This document shows positions 58,997 through 64,000 of a stretch of 64,000 bases of DNA, piece by piece (position 1 is the stretch's first letter; each line of letters opens with the position of its first letter). The notes under the pieces are model-generated. The model was not told the DNA's origin and ran no database searches. It saw only the letters and a list, made by a program, of their open reading frames with translations. The translations under genes and the position numbers were made by a program. The DNA lies in sequence record MK599315.1. The stretch is one strand, 5' to 3'.

Positions 58997-61900
58997 TTGT
59001 GGTTCCTCGATAGAGAGCAGCTACGTGCTTGGAAAGAGCTTGCTGCAAGATTGTAGTGGTCGCAATCAGTTTAGGGGACATGACCATCCGTTCTTCAACC
59101 GAAGTGTTGCCGAAGATCAGACCAATCGGAGTACCGTCTTCACATTCGTTACGGCCATCCATTACCCGAGAGAATACAGTTTTCATCTGGTTCGCTACTA
59201 CACCTTTGTCACCAGTACCACAAGGGATATCATGGTCGATGTAGATTCGGATAACCATGTTGTCAGGTTCAAGCATTTGACCTTTAACACGGAAGGATGC
59301 GTCGACTTCACCTGTGAATTCTGGTTCGTTCAACGACTTGGCCCTATCGGCTCTCTCTTTATCAGATGCTCTGGCTATCTTCTGAAGATTACTGGACATG
59401 TCTTCAATGTCACCATGATAGTAACATTCGATTTTAGAGATAGTCCCTACGACTTTAGCACGGGGTGCATTAGCCGAAAGTTTCTTCAGTGTTTCAATAG
59501 CAGCGGCACCAAACAGAGAGTTCTCGGCCATTTCGGGGTCTTGAATAGTACATAGAATTGAATCCAAGTCTACGTGTTCTCCAACTTTGACCAAATTCTC
59601 AATCGACTGATCAAATCGAACAGTAATGTTCTTGATGTCAGTTGTCTGAGTATTAAGCTTAATAGCCACGTCTTTACTAATAACAGATCCGTCTTCAAGT
59701 GTATCAAGGTTATCGCAGAATGCAACACGAACCATGACACCAGCTTTCCAAAGAACTTGTCCAGGGGTATAACGATCTTCGGTAAAATACTTACTATTGA
59801 AAGTAAGCGTATCACCGCGTTTGAACTTATCACCCTTCTTAAGTGTGGTAACGAGAGTATGCGGATAGTTTACACCCGCAGCAGTACCATGGACGGTTCC
59901 AAGCTGAGAACTAAAGATCTCACCGTCAGCATATTTAACTGTAATGCCATGACCGTCTACTGCAATCACCTCTCCATCTTGTTCGGCGGCAGACGCAAAG
60001 ATCGAACTGGTACGTTGAGCGATAATCTGCTCATAACCAGTGCGAAGAGGAGTTACCTCATAGCCATCTGCATAGATACCTTGCTGTTGCTGAATACTAA
60101 CGAAGTTAATCCGTTTCGGGTCATCGTTTGTTGTAGCAACCCCGGTGAGAGCACCGGTAGATAGCATCTTAGCGGCGCCATCCTTACCTTTCTCAAACAA
60201 CCTAGTTGTACCACGCATGCTGTTGAAGTTAGCATCAGGAGATAGATAAGCGATTACACCCACATCACCAGAGTCTACAGTGGATTCAGAAACTACACCC
60301 ACGTCAGATTCATGGTAGATACGTGTACGGGCAACCATTGAAGTCGACCCACGACCACCATCACCACGATAGGTCATGGCTTCTTGCTCACGCAAGTTAG
60401 CAATTGGGTTAGAATCTTCAATAGTAGCTACAGTCGGGTCAGATGCAATCTTACGCCAAACCTCGTGTTGATCCATCACGATCTGCTGATCAGCTGAGCC
60501 TTCACGATTATTGTAGATACGAACAGCGCGGTTCAAACTACCGTAGATAGTTCCTGCCATGCGTTCATAGCCACGATAGCGCATGTATGCACCATCCACC
60601 TCTGCTGGCGACCAGTCATTAGTTAGCAGCTCTACAGAACGATACAACAGACCTTGGAAATCAGTTGGCTCTTTCATTTCTTCCAGCAGACCTTTTGTGA
60701 TCGGGTCAACGAAAGAAGTAAACAAGCTATCGATTTCACGGGTGTATCGAGCGGACATGCCAGCTTCCTCTAACAGACGGAAGTAAACATCTCGCCGGTC
60801 AAAGTCCCATCGAGAGAACTTCTTCAGAGATTGGTGATAACGTTTCAGACCAGACAGCACCAACGTCGCACGATAATCTTGACGACTGAATACAAGGATC
60901 TCGTCGGAGAATGCCAGGGTATAATCATCAGGACTAACACTAATGCGAGTACCACGTGGATGACTCTGATATTGTACCCCGAGCGTATCAAGCAACGTGG
61001 ACAGACCTTGACGATAACCAAGAATGAAACCAAGTGGTAGCTCTTTGTTTGCAACTGAAACCAGAATAGCTTCAAGAGGAGCTTTAACCTGATTAAGACC
61101 TAGGATATCAACCATGGTACCCATTGGCTCAAGTTCATTACCTTCCTTAACATAGAACTGAGACGAGCTGTCAACCAGAATAGGTAACCGATTATGGGCA
61201 CCTACTACAACCATCCCATCTTTCTCTAATGCTTCTACCGAAATACCGTAAGTCTTTTGGAAGTATTCAGCATGATCGTCGAACTTGAAATAGAACTCAT
61301 TGGCCCCATTTTTGAAAGAACGATAAGCTCGACCCAATGCAGAATAGACTCGCGGTAGAACGAACATCGATTGGTCTAGTTCAGCATAGCGTACATCAGT
61401 TACAGAGACATCACTGTTGTCTCTAGCCCTAACGCCAATTTGTCGAATCAACCAAGTATCGTAGTTGTTCTCTGCACGTTCAGAACGCGTGACAAACGTC
61501 TTGTTGTAATAACTCGTCAAAGCAACCTTGAGTGGGTTTACTTTACGGATTGGAATATCCGCACGTTGTAGACGTTGACGATAAGTTACGCCATTGGAAC
61601 GGAAACGTCCATCTCTGTCGATAACCGGAATACGGAAACGCAATTGAGAAGGTCGTCCACGAATAGGCTTAACAGTTACAGTGAACGATTGATAATGGTT
61701 CATCGCGTCACGGACTTCTTCCATTCGAACATCAGTTACAGCCACACCCTGTGCTTGAACAGATAGGATAGACTGCATGATGTCTTTAGGTAACAAAGTC
61801 TTCGTGTATTTACGCATCATCGCTTTGTGAATAGAACCCAGCATCGACTTGTCAGTAATCGTGGATTTATCAGCGAATTTTTCTACCGGTACTTTAAAGT

Positions 61901-63341
61901 CTTCTTCTTCGTAAGTCATCGCCTCAGCGATAGTCTTACCAGAACCAAACGGATCAGGAATAGACTTGTACATAGAAGCATCATCAACAGCCTGTTCAAA
62001 CGAACGACCAGAGATCATGCCAACCTGATATAGTTCAAATGCTTTTTGTCCAACAGGGTCTACCAGAGCATCACCACTATTAAAAGCAGGTACGACAGAT
62101 TTAGTTACTGGAGCTGTCTCTACTTTGAGAGTTGGTGCTTTAGCGATCGGCGCCGTTTCGAGCGGATCTTTCTCGATGACGAGAGTAGTTTTCTCAAGCT
62201 CGGATTCAGGCGGTGGATCATAAACAACTTCGAGCATCCCGAGATCGAGTAATGTGCTAACATTAGATCCAGTTGCATTGGAATCATCGATCGCATCAAT
62301 GTCGTTAGCTTCTTCAGTTTCTTCAGCACGTTCTGTAACTTCTTCGACTTCTTCGTCGTCTGTGTCAACCTTATCTTCGGGTTCGATCAGGTCAGTGATC
62401 TTTGGAGTTTCAGGTTCGACTTCCATTAGAGTGTCGTTACCATTATTGAACTCAACCAAAGTAGTCAACAGGCTGATAACTCGACGTTGCATTACATCCG
62501 GTTTATAGAAAACTTCAAGACCGAGTTCATCCACAAAACTTTCAGTAGCTACTGTCTCTTGTTCCGCTATTACTTCTGGAGCATCACGCCATGCTTCAAG
62601 TTGTCCAAGGTTAATAACAAAGAAGTTATTCTGGACACGAATCAGGAAGTTAATCTTTTCGTAAGCTTCTTTAGGTACGATCGACATATAAGACGAAGAT
62701 CGATTATCACCAAGGAAACGATAAAGATCGAAAACGTTTAATACAGCGTTAGTACGGAATTTCTCAAGTAGTGCCTGAGTGGTACCGCGCTCTAACATCT
62801 TAAATTCATTAAACGTTGGCATGGATTCTGGAATATGGAGTTCGATGAACTGATTCCAACCAAAGCGTTTATGTACATCGACAACACCTTTCCAGAAGGT
62901 AGCGGTGTTGTTACTCCAGCGATACCAGTTAGATTTGAAATTAGCTTGGTACTTCCAGAGTGGGTTTAGCATGCTGTAGTTAAACACAGCAACGTTTTGA
63001 ATATTGAGTTTTACAGCCGCATCTTTACGCAGTGGTTTGAAGAAACGGTGTTGGCGACGGAAATCAGCTTCAAGGGTAGTCGGAATAAGAGAAGTACGCC
63101 GAGCGTTACCATCGAGTGTTTCTAGCTGTGTAATGTGTTCAATGAACACCTTTCCCTGCAACTTAGCAAAGAGGGGGTCCGATTGACTCGGACCCTTTAC
63201 AGCAGCGTTGTCATCAAGGAACTGATACACCACCTCTTGGGGTAGCTCTAGCTTCGTCAACGGGAACAGACGAGGACGCAGTAGTTCGCCTGAGTTTCGA
63301 AGACTGTAATTCTTCAGAAACTGATGAATTTTCAAACGCAT
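58980..63341 (-). CDS. rpoB: virion RNA polymerase beta subunit, large fragment (phiKZ gp178-like)
   Basis: 1453 aa; ESTVDSGDVG, NDDPKR..F..IQ, TLEDGSVIS, GDKGVVANQMKTVFS (beta GDK...HGNKG equivalent). Confidence 0.9.
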   Translation of the reverse strand: MRLKIHQFLKNYSLRNSGELLRPRLFPLTKLELPQEVVYQFLDDNAAVKGPSQSDPLFAKLQGKVFIEHITQLETLDGNARRTSLIPTTLEADFRRQHRFFKPLRKDAAVKLNIQNVAVFNYSMLNPLWKYQANFKSNWYRWSNNTATFWKGVVDVHKRFGWNQFIELHIPESMPTFNEFKMLERGTTQALLEKFRTNAVLNVFDLYRFLGDNRSSSYMSIVPKEAYEKINFLIRVQNNFFVINLGQLEAWRDAPEVIAEQETVATESFVDELGLEVFYKPDVMQRRVISLLTTLVEFNNGNDTLMEVEPETPKITDLIEPEDKVDTDDEEVEEVTERAEETEEANDIDAIDDSNATGSNVSTLLDLGMLEVVYDPPPESELEKTTLVIEKDPLETAPIAKAPTLKVETAPVTKSVVPAFNSGDALVDPVGQKAFELYQVGMISGRSFEQAVDDASMYKSIPDPFGSGKTIAEAMTYEEEDFKVPVEKFADKSTITDKSMLGSIHKAMMRKYTKTLLPKDIMQSILSVQAQGVAVTDVRMEEVRDAMNHYQSFTVTVKPIRGRPSQLRFRIPVIDRDGRFRSNGVTYRQRLQRADIPIRKVNPLKVALTSYYNKTFVTRSERAENNYDTWLIRQIGVRARDNSDVSVTDVRYAELDQSMFVLPRVYSALGRAYRSFKNGANEFYFKFDDHAEYFQKTYGISVEALEKDGMVVVGAHNRLPILVDSSSQFYVKEGNELEPMGTMVDILGLNQVKAPLEAILVSVANKELPLGFILGYRQGLSTLLDTLGVQYQSHPRGTRISVSPDDYTLAFSDEILVFSRQDYRATLVLSGLKRYHQSLKKFSRWDFDRRDVYFRLLEEAGMSARYTREIDSLFTSFVDPITKGLLEEMKEPTDFQGLLYRSVELLTNDWSPAEVDGAYMRYRGYERMAGTIYGSLNRAVRIYNNREGSADQQIVMDQHEVWRKIASDPTVATIEDSNPIANLREQEAMTYRGDGGRGSTSMVARTRIYHESDVGVVSESTVDSGDVGVIAYLSPDANFNSMRGTTRLFEKGKDGAAKMLSTGALTGVATTNDDPKRINFVSIQQQQGIYADGYEVTPLRTGYEQIIAQRTSSIFASAAEQDGEVIAVDGHGITVKYADGEIFSSQLGTVHGTAAGVNYPHTLVTTLKKGDKFKRGDTLTFNSKYFTEDRYTPGQVLWKAGVMVRVAFCDNLDTLEDGSVISKDVAIKLNTQTTDIKNITVRFDQSIENLVKVGEHVDLDSILCTIQDPEMAENSLFGAAAIETLKKLSANAPRAKVVGTISKIECYYHGDIEDMSSNLQKIARASDKERADRAKSLNEPEFTGEVDASFRVKGQMLEPDNMVIRIYIDHDIPCGTGDKGVVANQMKTVFSRVMDGRNECEDGTPIGLIFGNTSVEERMVMSPKLIATTTILQQALSKHVAALYRGTTNAKSK

Positions 63342-63343
63342 GG

Positions 63344-64000
63344 TTAAATCCTACTTTTCGGTTCCCCAGTCATATACCGGAGAGTTAGATTAAGCGTGTG
63401 GATGTTGACACTGAATGCAAGACCACCACCAGCCTTGATATAAGCTAAACGAGATTTAAAGAATCGATCGGATTCTTCAATAGCCTCTTTAGAATACACG
63501 GCGTTGAATGACACAGTGTCACCGTCGAAGTCCGCACCAAGAGGAGCAAGTATAGACGGGGAAATAGACGTGGAGTCATGCCATTGCGCCGGTTCGTTAA
63601 TAGTGATGATTGGATATTCTAATGCGATCTCAGCATTAGTATCTCGTTCCCAGTCCCAACCAAGTGGGTAGCGCATCTCACCTTTAACAGTTGTCTTCAC
63701 GTACATCTTTACAGGAATAGAACTGTTATAGTTCTCAACAGGGTAACGAGTAACGAATGCGGAGTTTCTTTTCCACATAGGTAATCCGCTTAGGTAAATC
63801 AATTCAGCATAGGAAATAGGACGCACGAACTTCTTGTCGAGCTTCTTCGGCATTTCTTCAATATCCCTAAAGATCTTGAAGTTTTGCTTGTCATCTAGAT
63901 AGACTAACGCCAGATAATGACCAGCGATTTCAATCGCACGAGAACGTTTGTCGATGACTTTCAGTTCGCCAATAACACGTTCAAGACCCTCGGGTGTTCC
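63344..64000 (-). CDS. rpoC: virion RNA polymerase beta' subunit, catalytic fragment (phiKZ gp180-like), 5'-truncated by the window edge
   Basis: LGADFDGDT catalytic motif and an upstream TRYP motif; the frame stays open to base 64000. Confidence 0.92.
   Translation of the reverse strand, partial: GTPEGLERVIGELKVIDKRSRAIEIAGHYLALVYLDDKQNFKIFRDIEEMPKKLDKKFVRPISYAELIYLSGLPMWKRNSAFVTRYPVENYNSSIPVKMYVKTTVKGEMRYPLGWDWERDTNAEIALEYPIITINEPAQWHDSTSISPSILAPLGADFDGDTVSFNAVYSKEAIEESDRFFKSRLAYIKAGGGLAFSVNIHTLNLTLRYMTGEPKSRI

Noticed and set aside
63344-63853. 169 aa standalone ORF suggesting an intron-split beta'
   Set aside because: The reading frame stays open to the window edge, so it is simply the 3' part of a longer gene.

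Overview
This 64 kb window is a segment of a phiKZ-like (Chimalliviridae-type) Pseudomonas jumbo phage genome, syntenic with about gp123-gp180 of phiKZ. The homology calls come from recalled motifs and gene order, not from database searches. In order it carries: the end of a probable non-virion RNAP subunit; baseplate and portal genes; a five-gene paralogous tail-fibre cluster followed by two 2OG-Fe(II) dioxygenase-fold genes; a RuvC-like resolvase; a lysis region (overlapped spanins, membrane protein, PG-binding/transglycosylase endolysin); three repeat- and collagen-rich fibre proteins; a vRNAP beta C-terminal fragment; RecA/UvsX; RNase H; head and inner-body proteins; PAAR plus central spike; an SbcC/Rad50 ATPase; an island of early genes with TATATTAC promoters; the prohead protease; and the vRNAP beta and beta' subunits. 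No tRNA, CRISPR array, intron or mobile element was seen. Best leads: (1) an active plus degenerate dioxygenase pair inside the tail module of a phage with collagen-like fibres; (2) a collagen fibre ending in about 8 T4-foldon-like motifs; (3) a lipoprotein missing from the ORF track that forms a second spanin-like pair; (4) an early protein with a ribosomal bL12-CTD-like end; (5) two structured RNA leaders; (6) a family of hairpins with CATA...TATG arms; (7) four apparent single-base-deletion frameshifts, most likely sequencing errors.
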